The notes under the pieces were generated by a model. It had not been told where the DNA came from. It did not search any database and worked only from the letters and a program-made list of their open reading frames with translations. Below, in pieces: positions 38,409-46,473 of a DNA stretch of 46,473 nt (within the stretch, counting starts at the first letter, position 1; each line of letters begins with the position of its first letter). A program made the position numbers and the translations under genes. Source of the stretch: Chitinophagaceae bacterium (lineage in GTDB: Bacteria > Bacteroidota > Bacteroidia > Chitinophagales > Chitinophagaceae); contig JAIXOS010000089.1 in NCBI GenBank assembly GCA_027486695.1, forward strand, positions 1 to 46,473, in the 5' to 3' direction.

Positions 38409-38605
38409 GGTGCATAACCAATACCCCTATTTTAATAAGCATTTGTACCAATTGGTCAAATAATTAATAGCCAGTACCTACCCAAGCAATACCCAACTTT
38501 TTACGCCTTTAATTGGTTAGTATAACAAGCAGCGTTGTATATTGCATCATTTTTTACCGTATGGCTACCCTATATAGGGGGAAATATACGGCAAAACCAA
38601 CACAC

Positions 38606-39559
38606 ATGAAAGTAATCGAACATATTGCACAAGCAACCGACACACTTATTTCTTTTGAGGTATTGCCCCCGCTAAAAGGCAAAACCATTACCTCCTTGTA
38701 TAACCATTTAGATCCACTCATGGAGTTTAAACCCTCTTGGATCAATGTTACCTACCACCGCAGCGAAAGCATGTTTAAAAAAAAGGCTGATGGCACTTTC
38801 GATAAAGTAGAAGTGCGCAAGCGCCCCGGTACCGTAGGCATTTCAGCGGCAATAATGAATCACTATAAGGTTGATGCTGTGCCGCATATCATTTGTGGCG
38901 GCTTTACCAAGCGCGAAACCGAAGACGCATTGATTGATTTAAATTTTTTAGGGATAGACAATGTATTGGCACTAAGGGGAGATGCGGCTAAAAATGAAGC
39001 CAATTTTGAAGCAGAGCCCGATGGACATGCCTATGCTATTGATTTGCAAAAGCAAATTGCTAATTTAAACAACGGTATTTATGTTGACGAAGACATTCAA
39101 AATGGCGGCAAAACCAATTTTTGTATAGGTACGGCCGGCTATCCTGAAAAACATTTTGAAGCCCCCAATTTAGAAATAGACCTACAACACTTAAAAAACA
39201 AAGTGGATGCCGGTGCCGACTACATCATGACCCAAATGTTTTTCGATAACCAAAAATTTTTCGACTTTGTAGATGCCTGCCGAAAAATGGGCATAACAGT
39301 ACCTATTATTCCGGGATTAAAACCCATTACTAATAAAAAACAATTGTCGGTACTGCCGCGCATTTTTCATGTGGATATTCCTACCGACTTAAGCAACGCA
39401 ATTACCAAGTGTAAAAGCGATGAAGATTGTGAAAAAGTAGGTACCGAATGGCTAATACAACAAAGTAAAGAATTAAAAGCCTTTGGCGTACCTGTACTGC
39501 ATTATTATACCTTAGGCAAACCCAAAGTTATTTTCAACGTGGTGAAAGCCGTAGTGTAA
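38606..39559 (+). CDS. metF: Methylenetetrahydrofolate reductase
   Basis: ISFEVLPP, NVTY, VPHIIC, LALRGD, AGYPEKH, TQMFFD, LHYYTL; start at MKVIEH. Confidence 0.95.
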   Translation: MKVIEHIAQATDTLISFEVLPPLKGKTITSLYNHLDPLMEFKPSWINVTYHRSESMFKKKADGTFDKVEVRKRPGTVGISAAIMNHYKVDAVPHIICGGFTKRETEDALIDLNFLGIDNVLALRGDAAKNEANFEAEPDGHAYAIDLQKQIANLNNGIYVDEDIQNGGKTNFCIGTAGYPEKHFEAPNLEIDLQHLKNKVDAGADYIMTQMFFDNQKFFDFVDACRKMGITVPIIPGLKPITNKKQLSVLPRIFHVDIPTDLSNAITKCKSDEDCEKVGTEWLIQQSKELKAFGVPVLHYYTLGKPKVIFNVVKAVV

Positions 39560-39585
39560 TTTTTCCCTATCAACTATATACCTAC

Positions 39586-39623
39586 AAAAAGAGCAGCCTC
39601 GTTTACTTGGGCTGCTCTTTTTT
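39586..39623. terminator. Bidirectional intrinsic terminator
   Basis: AAAAAGAGCAGCC...GGCTGCTCTTTTTT between convergent metF and RNase E/G genes. Confidence 0.85.
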
Positions 39624-39629
39624 ATTGTA

Positions 39630-41180
39630 CTAAAACTTTATTTCTTCTTCGTTGCTATCAAAAAATTTAAATTCTATTAAGTGATAGTTGTTATTCGACT
39701 GTACGTGCAATTTAATTTTATGTTTCCGTTTCCACTTACGTGCTATTGACGTAAAAATGCCTTTTGTTAGGTGCGAATGTACAATAGGGTGTACGGTTAA
39801 GGTTAAATTTTTGTGTGCGTGAGTAGCCAAATAGTGGAGTCGTTTTTCAATTTCATCTTCTAATAATAGAGTTGACGAAATTTTACCCGTACCATTACAC
39901 ACAGGGCATTGTTCGGAGGTATTGATGTTTACTTCCGGCTTCATGCGTTGTCGGGTAATTTGCATCAAGCCGAATTTAGAGATTGGCAATACAGAATGTT
40001 TAGCCCTATCGCTTTTCATAAATTCTTCCATCGCATCCTGCAACTTCCGTTTATTATCGGGTAACTTCATGTCTATAAAGTCCACCACAATAATGCCGCC
40101 AATATCACGCAACCGTAGCTGTCTTGCAATTTCTTCAGCAGCTTCTAAGTTGGTTTGCAATGCATTATCTTCTTGGTTGTTGCCAACACTTTTGTAGCCG
40201 CTATTGACATCTATTACATGTAAGGCTTCGGTGTGTTCAATAATTAGGTAAGCACCACTTTGCAAGTTAACGGTTTTTCCAAAGGCACTTTTTACCTGCT
40301 TCGTAATACCGTAGGTATCAAAAACGGGCAAATCGCCACTATAAAAACTCACTATTTCTTCTTTGTGGGGTGCTATTTGCTGAATGTAACTTTTGGTTTC
40401 ATTAAACAAATTTTTATCGTTTACCACCACTTTATTAAAGTCTTCGTTCAGCAAATCGCGCAAAATGCTCGTTGTTTTGTTTTGCTCACTCAGTATTTTA
40501 CTTGGTGCTACGGCGCCTTTAAGGTTGCGCTGCATCGTTTGCCAAGTTTCTACAAGTGTCAACAAATCTTGGTGCAATTCGGCAGTACTTTTGCCTTCGG
40601 CTGCTGTACGTACAATTACACCAAAGTTTTTAGGCTTAAATGCTTCTACTATTTTTTGCAAGCGTTTTCTTTCTTCACCGGAATGTATTTTTTTAGATAC
40701 GGCAACAATTTCGTTGAAGGGAGTAATTACAACAAACCTACCGGGCAAGCTAAGTTCGCAACTTAAGCGAGGGCCTTTTGCGGCAATCGGTTCTTTTAAA
40801 ATTTGGACTAAAATATTGGGTTTACCTACTAATACTTCGTTGATTTTGCCCGTTTTTACAATTTCGGGTTCTACAGAAAATTTAGAGAAGTCGAAACCAT
40901 TTTCTTCCTTATCGTGTATAGCGAGTTGAGTAAATTTTAGAATGGATTTGGCATAGGGTGACAAATCGGTATAATGCAGGAACGCATCTTTTTCAAAGCC
41001 TACATCTACAAATGCGGCATTGAGCCCAGGTATTAATTTTTTTACCTTCCCAAGGTACAAATCGCCCACCGAAAAACTGCTATCGGCCTTTTCGTTATGC
41101 AATTCTACCAGTTTTTTGTCTTCTAGTAAGGCAATTTCAACACCCGTAGGAGCTATATTAATGATTAATTCTTTGTTCAC
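39630..41180 (-). CDS. rng: Ribonuclease E/G family (catalytic domain only)
   Basis: S1 domain AAFVDVG, IDVNSG, RQLRLRDIGGIIVVDFIDM, CPVCNGTG zinc link; GTG start at 41180. Confidence 0.93.
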   Translation of the reverse strand: MNKELIINIAPTGVEIALLEDKKLVELHNEKADSSFSVGDLYLGKVKKLIPGLNAAFVDVGFEKDAFLHYTDLSPYAKSILKFTQLAIHDKEENGFDFSKFSVEPEIVKTGKINEVLVGKPNILVQILKEPIAAKGPRLSCELSLPGRFVVITPFNEIVAVSKKIHSGEERKRLQKIVEAFKPKNFGVIVRTAAEGKSTAELHQDLLTLVETWQTMQRNLKGAVAPSKILSEQNKTTSILRDLLNEDFNKVVVNDKNLFNETKSYIQQIAPHKEEIVSFYSGDLPVFDTYGITKQVKSAFGKTVNLQSGAYLIIEHTEALHVIDVNSGYKSVGNNQEDNALQTNLEAAEEIARQLRLRDIGGIIVVDFIDMKLPDNKRKLQDAMEEFMKSDRAKHSVLPISKFGLMQITRQRMKPEVNINTSEQCPVCNGTGKISSTLLLEDEIEKRLHYLATHAHKNLTLTVHPIVHSHLTKGIFTSIARKWKRKHKIKLHVQSNNNYHLIEFKFFDSNEEEIKF

Positions 41181-41333
41181 AAAGGTTGCAACTTTAAAAA
41201 TAATAAACAATTACTACCCAAATAATGGGCAGCACGACATAACATACGATTGAACATGCCGTCAAAAAAAGGGGAGGAAAGGTAAAGTTGCAGCGAGATA
41301 ATTATTGTAATGGCGGCAGGCCTTGTATGTGCA

Positions 41334-41370
41334 AAATAAAGCGGTACTAATGTACAGTACCGCTTTATTT
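41334..41370 (-). terminator. Intrinsic terminator after bS22
   Basis: AAATAAAGCGGTACT...AGTACCGCTTTATTT. Confidence 0.8.
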
Positions 41371-41391
41371 GATATAAATCTTGAAAAAGAA

Positions 41392-41484
41392 TTATTTTTT
41401 CTTTTTATGGCGATTCTTTCTTAGGCGTTTTTTACGTTTGTGCGTCGCAATTTTATGACGTTTTCTCTTCTTACCACAAGGCAT
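41392..41484 (-). CDS. Small basic ribosomal protein bS22 (AURKAIP1/COX24 family, 30 aa, absent from ORF track)
   Basis: Manual translation MPCGKKRKRHKIATHKRKKRLRKNRHKKKK. Confidence 0.88.
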   Translation of the reverse strand: MPCGKKRKRHKIATHKRKKRLRKNRHKKKK

Positions 41485-41552
41485 ACCAGAAATGTTTTAG
41501 TTAGTGAATAATAATTTTTATATCAATTTCAGGAGGTTTACCTCCACTCCAT

Positions 41553-42407
41553 TTACTGTTTTAACAAACGAATTCTTTGCTCCAACTCTTTTTGTGCATC
41601 CACATTTTTGATAGTGTTTTTCACTTCAGTATACCACTTTACGGCGTTGCTTTTATCCCCTTTTAAATCGTAACACTCTGCTAAATGCAACTTAGCTTCT
41701 AAATTATCGGGGGCAATAGTTACAATAGCACCAAAACGTTCAATTGCTTTATCGTATTGTGCGCTTTTTTTACCACCCAAACCTAGAATGAATTGGGCAT
41801 ATACATTTTTAGGATTTTTTTCTGCTATAGCCTTTACAGGCAAAATGCCTTGCATTGGATTGTTAGAAATGCCTCCCAATATGTAACATGCTCCCAATCC
41901 AATTTTACTACTATCGTTATTTGGATTTACTGAAATAGCCTGCTCAAAAAGAACTTTTGCGTTAGTGGCCAACCATTGTTGCATAGCAGGGTCACCTTCT
42001 ACCATCAAGTTGTCTAAAAATTGATGGGCGGCAAAGGTGAGACTTTTTTCTGAATTTTCCAACTTTGCTGCTTGAGCAAAATAATAGGCATAAGGTTCGT
42101 ATATGCGACCACTGTTTTTCCAAAAATCGGCTAATTGTTGGTACGCCTTTAAGCGCTGTTGTGGGGTACTAGCGTCGGCTGTTTGTTGCTGCAACAAATT
42201 GGCTTGTTGCAACAATTGACTATTTAAACGAAGTTTTGCTTTTGCCAAAAGCGTATCGAAAACAATAGGCTTAGGAGCATTACTTTCGGCGGTAGCAGCA
42301 GCATTACTCGCCGTGTTCTTTTTAGGGGGTATGGTATTTCCAAATACAAACAACACTACTACCAAAAGCAATGCTCCACCTAATAACAATAATTGATTGC
42401 GTTTCAC
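41553..42407 (-). CDS. Membrane-anchored tetratricopeptide repeat protein
   Basis: N-terminal TM and C-terminal TPR-like helices; TAACTTTG -7 element at 42423-42430. Confidence 0.85.
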   Translation of the reverse strand: MKRNQLLLLGGALLLVVVLFVFGNTIPPKKNTASNAAATAESNAPKPIVFDTLLAKAKLRLNSQLLQQANLLQQQTADASTPQQRLKAYQQLADFWKNSGRIYEPYAYYFAQAAKLENSEKSLTFAAHQFLDNLMVEGDPAMQQWLATNAKVLFEQAISVNPNNDSSKIGLGACYILGGISNNPMQGILPVKAIAEKNPKNVYAQFILGLGGKKSAQYDKAIERFGAIVTIAPDNLEAKLHLAECYDLKGDKSNAVKWYTEVKNTIKNVDAQKELEQRIRLLKQ

Positions 42408-42427
42408 TCAAAAAAATTTGTGCAAAG

Positions 42428-42742
42428 TTATTCCGTTTCCGTATCGGAACTTACGGGGCCTTTACATTTAGTTTTTACTTCTGAATGAAACTCTTTTGCA
42501 GGTTTAAAGCCGGGTATATAGTGCTCAGGTATGGCTACTGCTACATTTTTGGTAATGTTTCGGCCTATTTTAGCAGCGCGTTTTTTTGGAAAAAAAGTAC
42601 CGAATCCTCTAATATAAATACTTTCACCCTCTATAAGGTTGTGTTTTATTTCCTTAAACAGCGTTTCCAATGTAACTAAAACATCTACCTTAGGAATACC
42701 CGTTTTGTCGGAAATTTCGTTAATAATGTCTGATTTTCTCAT
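42428..42742 (-). CDS. HU/IHF family DNA-binding protein
   Basis: MRKSDII...IRGFGTF...GRNI...PGFKPAKEF. Confidence 0.93.
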   Translation of the reverse strand: MRKSDIINEISDKTGIPKVDVLVTLETLFKEIKHNLIEGESIYIRGFGTFFPKKRAAKIGRNITKNVAVAIPEHYIPGFKPAKEFHSEVKTKCKGPVSSDTETE

Positions 42743-42926
42743 GGTTTAGATATTTAATCAATATTGAATAAATCAATTAAACGGATATTGAAATGGGTTG
42801 TTTTGCACTTGCAAGTTAATTAACAATTATTAATTTACTTTGTTAAATAAAGCATATTGCAAAAAAATGACGCAACAATATTAAGCTAAAAACAATTGTA
42901 AAAGAATATATCTAAATATACACCTA

Positions 42927-44009
42927 ATGCTTGATACAGAAAAACAATTTGCGCAACTATTATTGCAGTGGCATAAAAACGATAATAAGAGGTTGATGCC
43001 TTGGAAGGGGGAAAAGGATCCTTACAAGATATGGTTAAGCGAAATAATTTTGCAACAAACAAGGGTGGAACAAGGGCTTTCGTATTACGAAAAATTTATT
43101 CAACAATTTCCAACCATTAACCACTTGGCCAATGCACAAGACGAAGTGGTGTTTAAACTTTGGGAAGGCTTGGGCTACTACAACCGTTGCAAAAACTTAT
43201 TGCATACCGCTAGGCTCATTTGCAAAGAATACCAAGGAACCTTTCCTACGGAATACGACGCTATTTTAGCCCTGAAGGGTATTGGACCTTATACCGCTGC
43301 GGCTATTGCCTCGTTTGCATTTAACCAACCCTACGCAGTGGTAGATGGTAATGTATTTAGGGTATTGGCTCGGGTATTTGGTATATCTACCGCTATTGAT
43401 AGCCTTGACGGAAAAGTACGCTTTACCCATTTGGCCAATAAGGTGCTTACGCCAAACAGTGCCGCAATGCACAATCAGGCAATTATGGACTTTGGGGCTA
43501 CGGTTTGTAAGCCTTTTAATCCGCTATGCTTTACTTGTGTGTTTAATACTTTTTGTGTAGCCAAACAAGAAGCTTTGGTAAACCAACTTCCGGTAAAAGA
43601 GAAGGTATTATTGAAAAAGAAGCGTTTTTTCAGCTATTTTATTTTTGAATACCAAGGCAACTTATTGATAAAAAAACGTACCAATAGCGACATATGGCAA
43701 AACTTGCATGAGTTTTATTTAGTAGAAAGTGCGGAAGCTGTTTTTTGGAACCAACAGTTGGTAGCGGAAAGCCTATTGCAACAACTTGGCATTGAAAAAG
43801 CCGACATTGTACATATTTCGCCCATGTATGTACAACAACTTACCCATCAAAAAATTCAAGGGCAGTTTGTAAAAATTGTGTTGCCTGAAGTGCCAAAACC
43901 TTTGCAACAATACCAATTAGTCCCTTTAAAAGAAGTAAGTGCTTGGGCTTTTCCAAAATTCATTAACCAATATTTGGAAGCCAATAGTACACAGAGCAGT
44001 TTGTTTTAA
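42927..44009 (+). CDS. mutY: A/G-specific adenine glycosylase
   Basis: WLSEIILQQT, WEGLGYY, LKGIGPYTA HhH, VDGNVFRV, CxxxxxxCxxCxxxxxC Fe-S motif. Confidence 0.96.
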   Translation: MLDTEKQFAQLLLQWHKNDNKRLMPWKGEKDPYKIWLSEIILQQTRVEQGLSYYEKFIQQFPTINHLANAQDEVVFKLWEGLGYYNRCKNLLHTARLICKEYQGTFPTEYDAILALKGIGPYTAAAIASFAFNQPYAVVDGNVFRVLARVFGISTAIDSLDGKVRFTHLANKVLTPNSAAMHNQAIMDFGATVCKPFNPLCFTCVFNTFCVAKQEALVNQLPVKEKVLLKKKRFFSYFIFEYQGNLLIKKRTNSDIWQNLHEFYLVESAEAVFWNQQLVAESLLQQLGIEKADIVHISPMYVQQLTHQKIQGQFVKIVLPEVPKPLQQYQLVPLKEVSAWAFPKFINQYLEANSTQSSLF

Positions 44010-44046
44010 GTTGACAAGTTGTAAATCTGTTCAATAGAAATAAATC

Positions 44047-44127
44047 GTTGAACGGTGCCAACGCCCATGCAGCCTAATGGTAGTACCGGCCTATGGCTCA
44101 TACAAAAAAAGGGCTACCGCGTAGCCC
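44047..44127 (-). repeat. Dispersed intergenic repeat, copy 3 (inverted)
   Basis: Minus strand GGGCTACGCGGTAGCCC-T run-GTATGAGCCATAGGCCGGTACTACCATTAGGCTGCATGGGCGTTGGCACCGTTCAAC. Confidence 0.9.
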
Positions 44128-44154
44128 AATCTTTTTATTCAGGTAAATGCACCA

Positions 44155-45201
44155 TTATTGTTTGGCAAATGCATTCCATCCTTGTGCTGTAATATCGAAG
44201 GTGTTACCACCTTTTGTTAGCAACTTGCAACCTTCTTCCATTTCGGTCATATAGCCAATAACCGAAATTTCTTCGTTGAAAGTAATTTTGTCGTAATCTT
44301 CTTGTTTTAGGGTAAAAATAAGTTCGTAATCTTCGCCGCCATTGAGGGCACATACGGTGGGGTCGAGACCAAATTTAAATGCGGCATTACGGCTGCTTTC
44401 GTGAATAGGCAATTTGCCTTCGTAAATACGGCATCCAAGTCCACTTTGCTTACATAAATGCAGTACTTCGCTGCTAATGCCATCGCTAACATCCATCATT
44501 GCTGTTGGAACAATGTTGTTTTCGGCTAAAAAGTCGATGATATCTTTTCTTGCTTCGGGCTTTAGGAGTCGTTTTACAATATAATCTTCCCCTTCCAAAT
44601 CGGGTTGAATTTGGGGATTTTCGAGGAAAATTCTTTTTTCTCGCTCCATTAAAGTAAGGCCAAGAAAGGCTCCACCAAAATCGCCGGTAGCGCAAATCAA
44701 ATCGCCTTTTTGGGCTGTACTACGTTTTACAAATGCATCGGGAGCTACTTCGCCTATAGCAGTAACAGAAATGATGAAGCCTTTTTGCGAGGAGGAGGTA
44801 TCGCCGCCTACCAAATCAACGCCATGCTTTTCGCAGGCAATGTATACGCCTTCGTAAAACTCATCAAGTGCTTCCACGCCAAATCGGTTGCTGATACCAA
44901 TACTCATGGTTATTTGGGTAGGGGTTGCATTCATGGCATACACATCGCTCAAATTAACCATCACGCTTTTGTAGCCAAGGTGTTTTAATGGTGTATACAT
45001 TAGATCGAAGTGTACACCTTCTATGAGTAAGTCGGTAGTTACTACGGTTTGTTTGCCAAAATGGTCTATCACGGCAGCATCGTCGCCTACGGCCAAAATA
45101 GTAGAGGCATTGTGGAGTTCAAAATTTTTGGTTAGGTGCTCAATAAGCCCAAATTCGCCTAAACTTGCAATTTCGGTACGAGAAGGTTGTTGCTGTTCCA
45201 T
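44155..45201 (-). CDS. thiL: Thiamine-monophosphate kinase
   Basis: GEFGLI, GDDAAV, EGVHF, NLSDVYAM, GGDT, DVSDG, GGEDYEL. Confidence 0.96.
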   Translation of the reverse strand: MEQQQPSRTEIASLGEFGLIEHLTKNFELHNASTILAVGDDAAVIDHFGKQTVVTTDLLIEGVHFDLMYTPLKHLGYKSVMVNLSDVYAMNATPTQITMSIGISNRFGVEALDEFYEGVYIACEKHGVDLVGGDTSSSQKGFIISVTAIGEVAPDAFVKRSTAQKGDLICATGDFGGAFLGLTLMEREKRIFLENPQIQPDLEGEDYIVKRLLKPEARKDIIDFLAENNIVPTAMMDVSDGISSEVLHLCKQSGLGCRIYEGKLPIHESSRNAAFKFGLDPTVCALNGGEDYELIFTLKQEDYDKITFNEEISVIGYMTEMEEGCKLLTKGGNTFDITAQGWNAFAKQ

Positions 45202-45219
45202 TGGTGGTGTTGCGTGAAT

Positions 45220-45996
45220 TTAAAAGTTGCCTCCGTTAATAATGTGTAACAATTGTTCGTGAATAAGGCCGTTAGTAGCTAAAATATTCGGTTGATAAGG
45301 GCTATACACTTGCCCTTTGTAATCGGTTACTTTGCCTCCGGCTTCTTCTACCATAAGCCAACCGGCTGCACTGTCCCACGCTTGCAATTTGTGTTCGTAA
45401 AATCCGTCGAAACGCCCTGCGGCTACCCAACAAAGGTCGATAGCTGCGCTGCCACATCGGCGTACCGGAATGGCTTTGCGTATGAGCTTTTCGAACACTT
45501 CGAGCGGGCTATTCAAGGTATCTAAATAACTGTACGGAAAACCGGTAGCCAAACAGCTTGTTTGCAAATTGCTTTTGGTACTTACCTGTATTTTTTTATC
45601 GTTCAAAAAAGCACCTTTTCCTTTTTCGGCAAAAAAGAATTCGTCGATAAACGGATTGTACACCGCTCCTAATATCATTTCGCCATTTTTTTCTACGGCT
45701 ATGCTTACACAGCAAATAGGAATGCTGTTGGCAAAATTGATGGTACCATCTATAGGGTCAATAATCCATTTGTATTCGCTTTCTTGTACTATTGCGCCGG
45801 CTTCTTCGCTTAAAATAAAATGATCGGGAAAATTTTTCTTTACGATTTCAAAAATGACCGTCTCGCTTTTGTGGTCTACTTCGGTTACCAAATTGTTTAC
45901 CCCTTCTTTGTTGCTGATGGTAAATTGTTTATCGAAATATTCTTTCATAATTGCCGCACCGGCACGTGTGGCTTCAATAAGTGTTTGTTGTAGCAT
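45220..45996 (-). CDS. suhB: Inositol monophosphatase family protein
   Basis: NLVTEVD, WIIDPIDGTINF, GSAAIDL, WDSAAG; start at MLQQT. Confidence 0.92.
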   Translation of the reverse strand: MLQQTLIEATRAGAAIMKEYFDKQFTISNKEGVNNLVTEVDHKSETVIFEIVKKNFPDHFILSEEAGAIVQESEYKWIIDPIDGTINFANSIPICCVSIAVEKNGEMILGAVYNPFIDEFFFAEKGKGAFLNDKKIQVSTKSNLQTSCLATGFPYSYLDTLNSPLEVFEKLIRKAIPVRRCGSAAIDLCWVAAGRFDGFYEHKLQAWDSAAGWLMVEEAGGKVTDYKGQVYSPYQPNILATNGLIHEQLLHIINGGNF

Positions 45997-46000
45997 GGTG

Positions 46001-46008
46001 CAAATATA
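46001..46008 (-). promoter_or_regulatory. Bacteroidota -7 promoter element 4 nt before the suhB start
   Basis: TATATTTG-CACC-ATG. Confidence 0.65.
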
Positions 46009-46254
46009 GTACAGGCCTTTTATATAGCTAAAACAATACGCAATTAAAGCAGTTGCAAATAGCATGGATGCGCTTACAAATAGCCATTCATTTACAAATG
46101 CACACCCAAAGTTGCTGCATATGAGCCAATAAAGCATAGAAAGCATAAACACAATTTCGTTCTATACTACGTCTACTGCATTTTTCTGCTTTCTACAATC
46201 CCCAACTGCTTCGATAAGGGTTGCAGACCGTTTCGGATGATGCGTACAGTAACC

Positions 46255-46322
46255 TCACATCAATACCACATTTTATCACATAAAGTGTGGTGAACTGTGG
46301 TGTTAATGTGGTTTTACTGTGG
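46255..46322. promoter_or_regulatory. Phased TGTGG / inverted YCACA repeats, probable MraZ boxes
   Basis: YCACA at 46255, 46266, 46276 and TGTGG at 46286, 46296, 46307, 46318 (10-11 bp period). Confidence 0.6.
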
Positions 46323-46473
46323 TGTTGCTACGAATTTGTACTGAATGTAACTTGGCACAGCTACCGTGCAGAAGCACAAAAAACGCCGACATTTAGCAAG
46401 GGAAATTGTTGGGGGAAATGCGTAGGCTGATACTTTACTGCATTTATTGGCCTTGCGGTAAGCGGATGAATAA

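Noticed and set aside
38318-38605. SAM/SAH riboswitch upstream of metF
   Set aside because: The conserved-looking block is the dispersed repeat, which also occurs beside non-methionine genes; no consensus riboswitch core recognised.

Overview
Chromosomal backbone region of a Bacteroidota genome, probably Chitinophagaceae-like. This is inferred from TAnnTTTG -7 promoter elements, AT-rich starts without SD sequences, and the gene content. In order, it holds: the 3' part of an A1-type cytochrome c oxidase cluster (coxB, coxA, heme o synthase, two subunit III genes, subunit IV, SCO, DUF420); a YjjG-like HAD hydrolase; a kdpFABC K+-ATPase locus with a split KdpD, a separate HAMP/PAS kinase, a sigma-54 NtrC-type regulator in place of KdpE, and two extra small membrane ORFs; an AsnC/Lrp regulator; tRNA-Ile2; and housekeeping genes (GT2, surA-like PPIase, gpx, xth, two HU genes, bTHX, bS22, TonB receptor, asnB-type amidotransferase, acpH, tatC, metF, RNase E/G, mutY, thiL, suhB). 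The most unusual element is a ~172-nt tRNA-like RNA (17745-17916), divergent from the AsnC gene and followed by its own terminator. It has a class-II-like tRNA body, an Asp (GUC) anticodon, C38/G73, a U1-A72 pair and a ~100-nt multibranched variable region. Also present are a three-copy ~85-bp intergenic repeat, a tandem-repeat secreted protein and probable MraZ boxes at the right end. No CRISPR array, rRNA or transposase was seen. All family assignments come from motif recognition, not database searches.
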